DNA from: Verrucomicrobiia bacterium
Lineage (GTDB): Bacteria > Verrucomicrobiota > Verrucomicrobiia > Limisphaerales > UBA1319
Direction of reading: 5' to 3'
Length of the DNA stretch: 64,000 nt
NCBI GenBank assembly: GCA_963664225.1
Contig: OY760937.1
Location: forward strand, 480,001-544,000
Below, one piece after another: positions 30,206 to 39,488 of this stretch (position 1 is the stretch's first letter; every line of letters begins with the position of its first letter). The translations under genes were made by a program, and so were the position numbers. Below the pieces are notes generated by a model. That model had not been told where the DNA came from. It did no database searches and saw only the letters and a program-made list of their open reading frames with translations.

Positions 30206-31723
30206 ATGTTAAGCGCATTGCGCATCTTGTGTTTTTCAATGTGGATGGCGGGCCTCGCCTGGCCTTGCCGGGCGGCGGAATGGCCGCAATTTCGCGGTGC
30301 GGCCTCGGACGGAATATCCCCGGAAAAAATTCTCAAGGAATGGCCTGTTGACGGCCCCGCCAGGAACTGGCTGGTGCCGATGAGCGACGGGTTTTGCACC
30401 CTTTCCGCCAGCAAGGGCAGGGTGTTGACACAGGTCATCCTGAATATCGACGGGCAACTCAAGGACGTCTGTCTTTGCTTGAACGCCGCAACAGGAGAGA
30501 CGAACTGGACCGCTTCATTGGAGGACAGTTATTACCCGGATGGCCAGGCAGGCGCAGGGGATGGTCCGCGTTCGACACCCACCGTTTCAGGTAATCGCGT
30601 TTTTGTGCTCACTTCATGGCTCAAGCTGATCTGCCTGGATATTGAGAACGGGCAGGAGGTTTGGCGCGTGGATTTCCGGGCGGATTACGCGGCCACGGTC
30701 ATTCCATGGCAGAATGCCGCGTCGCCATTGGTCGCGGGTGATTACGTTTATCTCAATGCCAACGGACTCACGGACAAGCTCTTTTGTCTGCGCAAATCCG
30801 ATGGCAGCGTGGTCTGGAAAGGGCAGAAGGACAAAATGACGCAGGCCAGTCCTGTTGCCGCGACCATTTTGGGCGTGCCGCAGATTCTTTTCTTTGCCCA
30901 AACCGGACTTGTTTCCGTGCAGCCGGAAACGGGCGCGGTTCTATGGCGATCCCCGTTTCCCTACAGCACCTCCACAGGGGCCTCGCCTGTGGTGGGGGGC
31001 GATATCGTGTTTTGTTCCGCCGGATATGGTGGCGGTTCAACGGCCGTGCGCCTTTCTTTGACGAATGACACCTTTGTCGTGAAACCGCTTTGGCGGCTCA
31101 GCAGCCTGATGTCCCAGTGGATGACGCCGGTTTACATGGACGGCTATCTCTACGGCCTTTTCGGTTACGGCCAGAACAACACCGCCCCTCTCAAGTGCGT
31201 CGAAATGGCCACCGGCAAGACCATCTGGTCCCAACCGCAATTTGGTCAGGGCGGCACCATCGGTGTGGACGGCCACATCCTGGTCCTCAGCGAATCCGGC
31301 GAACTGGTCCTGGTAAAAGCCGATCCGGCTCAATACACCGAGGTGGCCCGCTTCAAGGCCTTGAATGGCAAATGCTGGAATGCCCCCATTGTGAGCGATG
31401 GGCACATCTACGCGCGCAGTATCTCTGAGGCCATTGCCCTGGATGTGAGCCTTCCCGCACCCAGTCCCTTGCGGATGAGTTCAGCACTGCGCGGTCCGGA
31501 CGGCGTGTTTCGATTGAGCGCGGTCTCTGCCGATGGGGCTGACGTCGATCCGGCACGCGCCACACATATTTTTGTGCAGGCAACCTCGGATCTGCTGGCG
31601 CCATCAAATCAGTGGCTTGGCGTGAATGGCCCGCTGACGATCTCAAACGGGATGATCCATATCGAAGACTCCGAAAGCACAAATTTCCAACAACGGTTCT
31701 ATAGAATATTTGAGAACCCGTAA
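30206..31723 (+). CDS. PQQ-like beta-propeller protein with C-terminal 'RFYR' domain
   Basis: Signal peptide, EWPQFRG, GPRSTPTV, ASP repeats, CWNAPIVSDGHIYAR; extra C-terminal domain. Confidence 0.9.
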   Translation: MLSALRILCFSMWMAGLAWPCRAAEWPQFRGAASDGISPEKILKEWPVDGPARNWLVPMSDGFCTLSASKGRVLTQVILNIDGQLKDVCLCLNAATGETNWTASLEDSYYPDGQAGAGDGPRSTPTVSGNRVFVLTSWLKLICLDIENGQEVWRVDFRADYAATVIPWQNAASPLVAGDYVYLNANGLTDKLFCLRKSDGSVVWKGQKDKMTQASPVAATILGVPQILFFAQTGLVSVQPETGAVLWRSPFPYSTSTGASPVVGGDIVFCSAGYGGGSTAVRLSLTNDTFVVKPLWRLSSLMSQWMTPVYMDGYLYGLFGYGQNNTAPLKCVEMATGKTIWSQPQFGQGGTIGVDGHILVLSESGELVLVKADPAQYTEVARFKALNGKCWNAPIVSDGHIYARSISEAIALDVSLPAPSPLRMSSALRGPDGVFRLSAVSADGADVDPARATHIFVQATSDLLAPSNQWLGVNGPLTISNGMIHIEDSESTNFQQRFYRIFENP

Positions 31724-31787
31724 CACGCGGGTGAACACACAGTGTGCATGAAGATTTCATGAATTTGGTCTGATCACAACCAACCGT

Positions 31788-32621
31788 ATGCCGACCCAGG
31801 GAGAAACTCGTATTGAACGGTCGAATGCCCGCCTCGCCACGCCGCAGAAGAATGGGCGCGAGGGCAGGGGACTGCCGCTGCGTTCCGCAAAGGCGTTCGC
31901 GGCGTTTACATTGATCGAGCTCCTTGTGGTCATCGCCATCATCGCCATATTGGCCGGGCTTTTGCTTCCCGCATTGGTCAGCGCCAAGGAAAAGGCCCGT
32001 CGTGTCACCTGCAAAAACCACATACGCCAGTTCATCCTGGCATCGCATCTCTACGCCCATGATTTTCGTGACTTCCTCCCTCCCGGCCAATCCGACAACG
32101 CCAATGAATTGGACGAGCATGTTCCCGTGCTTTCCACACTGACCCGCAGCAACCTCATCTCTTATTCCGGCAATTATCGAATCATTGACTGTCCCAGCCT
32201 GGGCAAGCCCTTCAACCAAAGGGATGGTTGGCCGGAGCCTGGATACGGATTCATCATCGGTTACAACTATTTGGGCGGGCACACCAACACCCCCTGGCCC
32301 GCACTGCCGGATTTCACCGAAGTCTGGACGTCCCCGAGAACCGCTACCGACAAACCCACACTGGCCCTGGTGACCGACCTCAACGATTATTCTCCGGGTT
32401 ATCGTAAGACCTTTGCGCCCCACGGCGCCCACGGGCCTATCCTGCGTGACTCGGATTTTTCAAATGCTTCCGCCGAAGGGGCCTCCCCGGCGAGCATTGG
32501 AGCGGACGGGGGAAATGTGGGATTGCTGGATGGCTCGGTATCCTGGAAACGCATTAAAGCCATGCGGACCTATCGTGGTTCCCAAATGTGGGAAGATCAA
32601 GGCTGCTACGCCATGTGGTAG
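31788..32621 (+). CDS. Prepilin-type N-terminal cleavage/methylation protein (DUF1559-like)
   Basis: [31 protein letters not shown]-terminal [13 protein letters not shown]. Confidence 0.92.
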   Translation: MPTQGETRIERSNARLATPQKNGREGRGLPLRSAKAFAAFTLIELLVVIAIIAILAGLLLPALVSAKEKARRVTCKNHIRQFILASHLYAHDFRDFLPPGQSDNANELDEHVPVLSTLTRSNLISYSGNYRIIDCPSLGKPFNQRDGWPEPGYGFIIGYNYLGGHTNTPWPALPDFTEVWTSPRTATDKPTLALVTDLNDYSPGYRKTFAPHGAHGPILRDSDFSNASAEGASPASIGADGGNVGLLDGSVSWKRIKAMRTYRGSQMWEDQGCYAMW

Positions 32622-32822
32622 CGCTGAAAAGTCTCCCCAAGTCCCATGATACCACACTCGCTATTTGTGTCAGCCATATTAACCAATTAACCAGGAAAAC
32701 AAAGGCCGCCGGGTAGCACCTCTTTTTGGCATAACGATGCCCCCTCTCGGGTAACAGTGAATTTTGGCGCGCGGTGCCAGGGGCAGCGTCTTCGACTATG
32801 GATACTAGGAGGGACATAAGGA

Positions 32823-34736
32823 CTAAACAGTGATTCCCATTTCGGACAGGAAGCGAGAAGGTGACTTCCCATAACCGAAATACCGTGCCGAATATGTGAT
32901 GGTCAGCGCTTCCTCGGCTCTCGTGATTGCGACGAAACAATTCCTGCGCTCTTCCCTCATCTCAAAGCTATCGTCACCCTTCTTCGTGGCCGCCCAACTC
33001 GGAAGCTGATCCTCAACGAGACCAATGAGATAAACGCGTTTGAACTCCAAGCCCTTCGAGCTGTGGATTGTTAGACAGCGAACGGCGTCTTTAGGTGGTG
33101 GTGTTTCCTTTGAGCGAAGGTCGAACTCTTGAAGCAGAGAGTGGAGGCTCACTTCGGCCTTTCCATACTGTTGAATGACCTCCTGCTGTAACAAATTCCA
33201 GACTTCCTTCTCTTCCTGATACTCGTCGAAAGCAGTGTCAACGGCAGTGGAATGGTTCTGGAGTGCTTCGAACCACGAGAAAGCAGCTTCGATGAATGCC
33301 CAGTGGTCAACGCGCTCCAGCAGAGTGCTCTTCGTCTGCTCAAGAAATGCCCGCGTAGGAGCCGAAACGGTTTCCTGTCCGAGCGAGGCTTCAAGCCAGC
33401 TCCGCAAGTAGTCCCCATTTTGGAATGAGGACGCCGCAACCACGTCCTCCACCCTGATGTTGTTTCCCGCGAGAGAATAGAAAGCCTTACACACTTTTCG
33501 AAGCTGCTCCCGGTCCTGTCGTGCGTTCGCGAGCCGTAGTGCCGCGTGCAACCAAGAAACTGGCGCACTGATAAACTGACTTTTCCTCACAGCGAGGCAA
33601 GCAGGCACGCTTTTTTGTATGCACTCCGCAATCACCGCGTCCAAAAGTTTCTTACTCCGACCGAGAACCACACAGTGATTCCGGCCTTCCGGCGATGTCT
33701 GTTTTAGCTCGGAAACAACCCATGCGACTTCTTGGCTGAAATCACCAAAATGAAACACTCTCAAATGGGAATCAGTCGTTGATACCTTATGCGCTTTGAG
33801 GCGCTCCTTACCCACAGACCGATCAAGGTTGTGGATGATCAGATTGTTCGCCAACTCGATAACTGCTGGCGGGCAGCGGTAATTCTCTGGCAACTGCACC
33901 ATTCCCATCGAGAAGCGCTTTAGTAGTTCTTGAAGGCGTTTTGGGTTTGCTCCGTTCCATTGGTAAATCAGCTGGTCGTCATCAGCCACGACGAACAAGT
34001 TTGGCCTCTCCGCCGGAACGAGTGAGCAAAGGAGTCGGAATTGTGTTTCGTTGGTGTCCTGGAACTCGTCGACACACACGAAGCGATAGACGCGCTGAAA
34101 CTGCTTCGCGATTGCCGGGCGCTCTTCCAGCAATTGAACCGCCATGCCGATGAGCGACGCAAAATCTAAGTGGTTTCCCTTGACGAGCTCGGCACGGTAA
34201 GCATTGAACAGTTGGGACAAAAATTCTTTGTGCTTATGCCCGCTCAGCCGGTCGGCCAGTTCATTGGGGTTAGAGCACTCAGCGAGCATCTTATCAATCA
34301 CCGGCAATGCATTGGCGGCTCCCGATATCGTGTCGGCGACATCGTCGCTAAGACTTTTCATCGCCTCGGTGGCGACCGACTCACGGTCTGCCTGCTCGAC
34401 GAGGATTGTAAAGTCTGGCCGCAGTCCAATGTGATGTCCATGTTGTCGCAAAATCTCGGCTGCTAATGAATGGAACGTCGTCAGCAACGCTCGCTCTTTT
34501 CCCGACTTCAACAGACATTCAAGGCGGGTTCGCATCTCCGCCGCCGCCTTGTTGGTGAAGGTCACGCCAAGTATTCGGAAACGTTCGCCGGAGGAATCGT
34601 TGAGAAGTCGTGCGATCCGATAAGTCAGCACACGGGTCTTTCCTGAACCGGGACCGGCCAGCACTAGCAGCGGCCCATCGTTCCATTGCACGGCTTCGAC
34701 TTGTTTATCGTTCAGCGTTGAGAAGTCGATGCTCAT
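32823..34736 (-). CDS. gajB: UvrD/Rep-family helicase, Gabija GajB-like
   Basis: AGPGSGKT, VDEFQD, DDDQLIY, ENYR, TIHSSKGLEF, FVAITRA; ATG 34736 overlaps the upstream stop (ATGA). Confidence 0.8.
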   Translation of the reverse strand: MSIDFSTLNDKQVEAVQWNDGPLLVLAGPGSGKTRVLTYRIARLLNDSSGERFRILGVTFTNKAAAEMRTRLECLLKSGKERALLTTFHSLAAEILRQHGHHIGLRPDFTILVEQADRESVATEAMKSLSDDVADTISGAANALPVIDKMLAECSNPNELADRLSGHKHKEFLSQLFNAYRAELVKGNHLDFASLIGMAVQLLEERPAIAKQFQRVYRFVCVDEFQDTNETQFRLLCSLVPAERPNLFVVADDDQLIYQWNGANPKRLQELLKRFSMGMVQLPENYRCPPAVIELANNLIIHNLDRSVGKERLKAHKVSTTDSHLRVFHFGDFSQEVAWVVSELKQTSPEGRNHCVVLGRSKKLLDAVIAECIQKSVPACLAVRKSQFISAPVSWLHAALRLANARQDREQLRKVCKAFYSLAGNNIRVEDVVAASSFQNGDYLRSWLEASLGQETVSAPTRAFLEQTKSTLLERVDHWAFIEAAFSWFEALQNHSTAVDTAFDEYQEEKEVWNLLQQEVIQQYGKAEVSLHSLLQEFDLRSKETPPPKDAVRCLTIHSSKGLEFKRVYLIGLVEDQLPSWAATKKGDDSFEMREERRNCFVAITRAEEALTITYSARYFGYGKSPSRFLSEMGITV

Positions 34737-36481
34737 AGTCGTGCGTTTTTCACAGTGGCTGCGATGACGTCTTGAATCACTTGAGGTAAACCCGGCGAGC
34801 CGGCTTGCCGCGCAGCTTCTAGCGCGGCAATAGCGAGGTGTGGTTTTGAAGTCGATCGAACCGCACGCTTGATGGTCTGCGCAATCGGGTCTGCGGGCGG
34901 CGGTAGAGCAACCCATTGGCAAGGCTGCCCATTCGCGCATTGTTTCGCCTGTGGCGGTGGCTGCGGAGCAGCGTTTCCTGCCGCAGTCACATAAATTTGG
35001 GAATAGCCGTGATGCCAGAGGCAATGTTCAATATCTCTGCGAGGAAGAACAGTGATGCGCCGAGGCTCTGGAACACCCGCCAAATAGTTGCGCGCAGTTG
35101 CTGCGTAACTTTGTCCTGCCTGGTCCCCGTCTCCAAGGACATGCCATTCGATTCCCAGATCAGCTGCTAGCTTGATTAGCGGGGCAAGGCCACACTGTGC
35201 GAACTCCACGCAGCATACGCCTTCCAACTCAAAATCATAACCGAGAAGTTGGGCAGCCTCCGGGAGGAACCAAAATTCACTTTCACCTTCAACGAGGAGC
35301 CAAGATTTCGCGAACAGAAGATTCCCTCGCTTCGCTCTCACATGGTAAGCGATTTTGCGCTCATCCTCGGGATTAAGTGTCCCGGATTTTACCTGAAATA
35401 CTTCGACCTTTCCAGCTTTGCGAGCAAGGCGACGAATCGATTTCAAAGGAACGGCTGCGAGCAGTTCACCAGAATGTGTCGCGACAATTTTCTGTCCTTT
35501 GAGGGATTGTAGCACCTTCCACAATGAGCGTACCGCTGATGGATGGAGATGCGATTCCGGCTCCTCGAGTGCCAACAGAGGTTCTGAGTCCTTATCGTAT
35601 GCCTCGGCCAGCCGTGCGTTGAGGAATGCCTCAAACAGAAAGAGAACGGAGAGGCTTTGAGTTCCTGCTCCGTGCTGCGTAATAGGCAGTTTCGCTCCAC
35701 TCTTGGCTGCTAATTTCACCTGCGTCTTACTGAGCATGTCAAAAATACGCGCCGGAATCGCTTCCACGCTTACGAGGTTAGCTGCGGCCAACGGCACAAG
35801 GGTGCCAGTCTTGGCGACCTGTGTTTTCACCTCATTGAACGGCGTATGCGAATCGAGAACCGACTGGTTGATCGCTTCAATCTGCTGCTCGAGATCAACT
35901 CTGGTCTGCTCGTCAATCTGCGGATTTTTCGTGAACGGCCCCCAGAACGGGGATCGACTTTGGAAATGCTGCCCAGCATCTCTGACCGCCGCCAAGAAGA
36001 ACGCGGGGTTCAACTGCTGAAGCTCAGCAACGATGCGGGGGTTCTTCGCGGTTGGGAGTTCGACGTTGTTGAGATCTAGGAACGACCATTCCAAGGTGAA
36101 GTCCTTGATAGTAGTGTCGTAGGCTGCAACGATGCGAAACCGAACCTCCTGTTTGTTGTCGGCGCGGACCTGCACTGCCTTTTCGAGTCCTTGGACGATT
36201 GCATCAGGCCATTCGTCTTCGGCCGATTCAACGAACGTAAAGTCCATCTCAATTGGCGGCGCGGCACTTGGGTCTGGCTTGGCAGCAGTGAGGTGAAAAT
36301 CGTATTCGCCGAACGGCACAACCTTCCGCGACAGGTTCCGACTCAAGCAGGTGTGAACAGCCTCCAAGATGCTGGTCTTCCCTGTATTGTTTTCACCAAT
36401 TAGGACCGTGCATGGCTCCAAGGGGACAGTCAGTTTTTCGATCCCCCTGAAGTTCTTGATAGTGATTTGGGTCAGTAGCAT
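34733..36481 (-). CDS. gajA: OLD-family ABC-ATPase/TOPRIM endonuclease, Gabija GajA-like
   Basis: IKNFRGI, GENNTGKT, GAGTQS, LEEPESHLHP, ATHS, TOPRIM LVEGESE and DGD; RBS aagga before ATG 36481. Confidence 0.82.
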   Translation of the reverse strand: MLLTQITIKNFRGIEKLTVPLEPCTVLIGENNTGKTSILEAVHTCLSRNLSRKVVPFGEYDFHLTAAKPDPSAAPPIEMDFTFVESAEDEWPDAIVQGLEKAVQVRADNKQEVRFRIVAAYDTTIKDFTLEWSFLDLNNVELPTAKNPRIVAELQQLNPAFFLAAVRDAGQHFQSRSPFWGPFTKNPQIDEQTRVDLEQQIEAINQSVLDSHTPFNEVKTQVAKTGTLVPLAAANLVSVEAIPARIFDMLSKTQVKLAAKSGAKLPITQHGAGTQSLSVLFLFEAFLNARLAEAYDKDSEPLLALEEPESHLHPSAVRSLWKVLQSLKGQKIVATHSGELLAAVPLKSIRRLARKAGKVEVFQVKSGTLNPEDERKIAYHVRAKRGNLLFAKSWLLVEGESEFWFLPEAAQLLGYDFELEGVCCVEFAQCGLAPLIKLAADLGIEWHVLGDGDQAGQSYAATARNYLAGVPEPRRITVLPRRDIEHCLWHHGYSQIYVTAAGNAAPQPPPQAKQCANGQPCQWVALPPPADPIAQTIKRAVRSTSKPHLAIAALEAARQAGSPGLPQVIQDVIAATVKNARL

Positions 36482-36607
36482 GGCGGTTATTTCCTTCGTG
36501 TTATTACGCACTTTGGGCTCAGCAGGTTCGGCAACAGCGTAAATGTAAAGGGGTCACCCATAGTATTGTCCGTTTTTCAGGTTTGTTCCCCATCACGTGT
36601 CCTGAGA

Positions 36608-36760
36608 TGTGCTTGCCCGGACCAATCTAGGCCATACAATAAGATTTGGCCTATGGCTTGGCCGTTCTCATGGCAATCACATCGTTGACAACAAACGCAC
36701 TCTGCTACCCAAAAACTGCCTTGGCAACAGGTATTATGCCGCCAGCCCCCCGCTTTTTTG
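36608..36760. repeat. Dispersed non-coding repeat, copy 3
   Basis: Matches copy 2 from tgtgc..cccggaccaatc through ccccgctttttt; lies upstream of gajA. Confidence 0.9.
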
Positions 36761-36810
36761 ACGAAGGACCAAGGACTACGGACGTTTTTTACTGAGCTCT
36801 TGTAGTTGCT

Positions 36811-36867
36811 GCCCTCTGCCCTTCGCCCTCTGCCCTCTGACCTCTGACCTCTCACCTCTGACCTCTG
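36811..36867. repeat. Heptamer microsatellite (g/a)cc(c)tct type, about 8 degenerate units
   Basis: gccctct gcccttc gccctct gccctct gacctct gacctct cacctct gacctct. Confidence 0.85.
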
Positions 36868-36894
36868 GTTTGCCCTCCGCCAAAGTTCCAAAAG

Positions 36895-37506
36895 TCAACC
36901 CGGTTGACCAGCGATCAACCCAAAATCAACGCGTTGACCGAGCAACACGCGCACGTCCACCGCTTCCATGCCTGCGGCGCGAATGGCCTGCATGCCTAGG
37001 TCCGTGTCCTCGTAGGCGCGGCAGTGTTCCGGCGGAACTCCCACGCGCCGAGCTGCTTCCAAAAACACATCCGGTGCCGGTTTGCCATGAACCACATCTT
37101 CGCTGGTCACAATGGCCTCAAACCAATCCAGTATCCCCAAGTGCCCCAACACTTTCTGCATGATAAAGCGATTTCCTCCCGTCGCCACCGCCATGGGAAT
37201 CCTTCCGCGGTTGGCCCTCGCAATCGCCACAACGGGCTCGATGGGAGTGATTTGCGACAATTGACTCAAATACATTTCCTCTTTCTCAATGGAAATCGCC
37301 TCCGCATCCAGACTCAATCCCTGTTCACGGGCCAGCATTTCCACGATGTGGCGTGAGGGAACTCCGCCCAGTGAATAGAATTTGCCCTTGGGAAATTGAA
37401 ATCCGTACTTTTGCGCAATCTTTTGCCACGCAATGAAATGCAGCGGCATGCTGTCCGCCAATGTGCCGTCGCAATCGAAGATCAAACCTTTAATTTTGGA
37501 GTCCAT
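36895..37506 (-). CDS. HAD-family phosphatase (beta-PGM/YqaB-like)
   Basis: FDCDGTLADS, VATGG, GKPAPD, YEDT..G. Confidence 0.92.
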   Translation of the reverse strand: MDSKIKGLIFDCDGTLADSMPLHFIAWQKIAQKYGFQFPKGKFYSLGGVPSRHIVEMLAREQGLSLDAEAISIEKEEMYLSQLSQITPIEPVVAIARANRGRIPMAVATGGNRFIMQKVLGHLGILDWFEAIVTSEDVVHGKPAPDVFLEAARRVGVPPEHCRAYEDTDLGMQAIRAAGMEAVDVRVLLGQRVDFGLIAGQPG

Positions 37507-37570
37507 AATAGGGAAAAAAGGGCCGGATTAAGAGCCGCCAGAAATCGAGAATATGCTCCACCTGAAGTCT

Positions 37571-38650
37571 TTATACAGAAAGAGTGGCCAGCTTTTCCTG
37601 CAGGGCGTTATCCATCAATGGCTGAATAATGCAATCCAGATCGCCATCGATGAACGTGGGCAAGTTGTACAGAGTCAACTCGATGCGATGATCTGTCACG
37701 CGGTTCTGAGGAAAATTATAGGTGCGAATGCGCTCATTGCGCTCGCCGGTGCCCACCTGGGCCTTGCGCTGGGCCGCGTATTTGGCATCTTCATCCGCAA
37801 TCTTGCGTTCCAAAAGACGTGAACGCAACACTTTGAGCGCCTGAGCTTTATTCTTCTGTTGCGACCGTTGATCGGCACAACGCACGATCAATCCGCTGGG
37901 TTTATGAATGATTTGAACCGCCGAGTCGGTGGTGTTCACGCCCTGACCGCCAGGCCCCGATGCCCGGCAAACCGTGATGTCCAGATCCTCTGTTTTGATC
38001 TCGATATCCACTTCCTCAGCTTCGGGAAGAACCGCAACGGTGGCGGTGCTGGTATGGATGCGGCCCTGGGCCTCTGTCGCTGGAACCCGTTGCACCCGAT
38101 GGACTCCGCTCTCATACTTGAGCCGTTTATATACGTCCGTTCCAGTGATGCTGAAAATGATTTCCCTGAAACCGCCCAATTCCGACGGGCTTGAATCCAT
38201 CGTTTCCACCCGCCATTTCTGAGTTTCGGAATAGCGCGTGTACATGCGATAGAGGTCGGCGGCAAAAAGGGCGGACTCCATCCCTCCTGCGCCGGCACGG
38301 ATTTCGACAATCGTGTTGCGGGAATCAGTGGGATCCGGCGGCAAAATTCCCCGTTGGACTTCCTTCTCAAGTCGTTGAGCTTGAGCCTCCAACCTTGTTA
38401 TATCCTCGCGGGCCATCAAGCCCATTTCGGAGTCAGGTCCTTCGGTTTTAAGCAGCGCACGGCTCTCCTCCAGATCGGCACACGTCTTGAGATAGCCCTG
38501 ACAGAAACCAACCAGTTCCTTCAGTCGGGCGTATTCACGGCTCAAGTCCTGCGCGCGCTGCGGATTATCAAAGACCTTGGGGTCGCTTAACGCGGCCTCG
38601 ACTTCCGCAAAACGCCGAAGTAGTTTATCGATATGGGGTTGCAGGTCCAT
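37571..38650 (-). CDS. prfA: Peptide chain release factor 1
   Basis: VHRVQRVPAT (PxT motif), GPGGQGVN, RTYNFPQNRVTDHR. Confidence 0.97.
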   Translation of the reverse strand: MDLQPHIDKLLRRFAEVEAALSDPKVFDNPQRAQDLSREYARLKELVGFCQGYLKTCADLEESRALLKTEGPDSEMGLMAREDITRLEAQAQRLEKEVQRGILPPDPTDSRNTIVEIRAGAGGMESALFAADLYRMYTRYSETQKWRVETMDSSPSELGGFREIIFSITGTDVYKRLKYESGVHRVQRVPATEAQGRIHTSTATVAVLPEAEEVDIEIKTEDLDITVCRASGPGGQGVNTTDSAVQIIHKPSGLIVRCADQRSQQKNKAQALKVLRSRLLERKIADEDAKYAAQRKAQVGTGERNERIRTYNFPQNRVTDHRIELTLYNLPTFIDGDLDCIIQPLMDNALQEKLATLSV

Positions 38651-38671
38651 TACAGGAGCGATGCCGACGGT

Positions 38672-38714
38672 AAAAAAGGCACGCCCGCATGGAGGAAGAA
38701 CCTCGATGCGGGCG
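38672..38714 (-). terminator. Terminator-like hairpin between rpmE and prfA
   Basis: cgcccgcat..gagg-aagaa-cctc..atgcgggcg stem with a T6 tract on the minus strand. Confidence 0.6.
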
Positions 38715-38731
38715 GGCGTCTGAAAAACCGG

Positions 38732-38977
38732 CTATTTCTTCTTTTTCTTGGGTGCAGCCATGGCCGCCTGGGCCGCCTGGGTCTTGGCCAAACGTTGCTG
38801 GAATTTATCGACGCGACCTGCTGTATCGATAAACTTCTGTGTGCCGGTGTAAAAAGGATGGCACATATTGCAAATACCAATCACAACTGACGGCCTGGTC
38901 GAGCGGGTTTTAATGATGTTCCCGCAGGCGCATCGTATTTCCGCATCAATATATTTCGGATGTATCGTCTCTCTCAT
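38732..38977 (-). CDS. rpmE: 50S ribosomal protein L31, zinc-binding type
   Basis: IHPKY..CACGN..CNMCHPFYTG.QKFIDTAGRVDKF; start at ATG 38977. Confidence 0.96.
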   Translation of the reverse strand: MRETIHPKYIDAEIRCACGNIIKTRSTRPSVVIGICNMCHPFYTGTQKFIDTAGRVDKFQQRLAKTQAAQAAMAAPKKKKK

Positions 38978-39130
38978 AAAAAGGGAGATCACAATAGCCA
39001 ACCCGGAGACGTTGACAAGCGCGATTTTCTCGCCACGGTAAAAAAATAGCGAAATACTTTTCACCTTTGGGGCTTTACACCGTAAAAAGTGTGGAATAGC
39101 TTGATACCAACATCGGTACTTATTGATTTT

Positions 39131-39457
39131 ATGAATGTAATGTTTGCAGGAATGATTGGCGGTTGGGAAATGGTCCTGATCCTCGCGGTGGTGTTGGTTT
39201 TGTTCGGGGCAAAGAAACTGCCGGAGCTGGCCAAGGGACTTGGCACCGGCATCAAGGAATTTAAGAAAGCGACGCGCGATGTGCAGGACGAATTGACCAA
39301 TGCCATGGATGACAACCAGAGCCAGCGGCGTTATGTCAGTCAGAACAGCACGCCACCTGCGACCGAGCAGCAATCTCCGTCAACATCTGCTGCGTCGGCC
39401 AGTCCCACTGCGGCCGCTAATCCATCCTCTCCCACACCGCAGGTCAAAGCCCTGTGA
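39131..39457 (+). CDS. tatA: Twin-arginine translocase TatA
   Basis: [36 protein letters not shown]. Confidence 0.94.
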   Translation: MNVMFAGMIGGWEMVLILAVVLVLFGAKKLPELAKGLGTGIKEFKKATRDVQDELTNAMDDNQSQRRYVSQNSTPPATEQQSPSTSAASASPTAAANPSSPTPQVKAL

Positions 39458-39488
39458 TTAATTAGCATTAGAAGAAGCGAATCCAATC

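Noticed and set aside
34737..35024. N-terminal extension of the helicase (733-aa call)
   Set aside because: It overlaps gajA out of frame; the ATGA-coupled start at 34736 begins right at the UvrD Q-motif region.
29195..36891. Cys-rich peptide family (CCQG..C..CQR.DCHE.GQ) in ORFs 29195-29542, 29845-30462 and 36577-36891
   Set aside because: These are translations of the DNA repeat; the N-termini are unrelated and differences between copies are largely non-synonymous.
38978..39373. 213-aa extended L31
   Set aside because: The extension is antisense to tatA; L31 similarity starts at ATG 38977.
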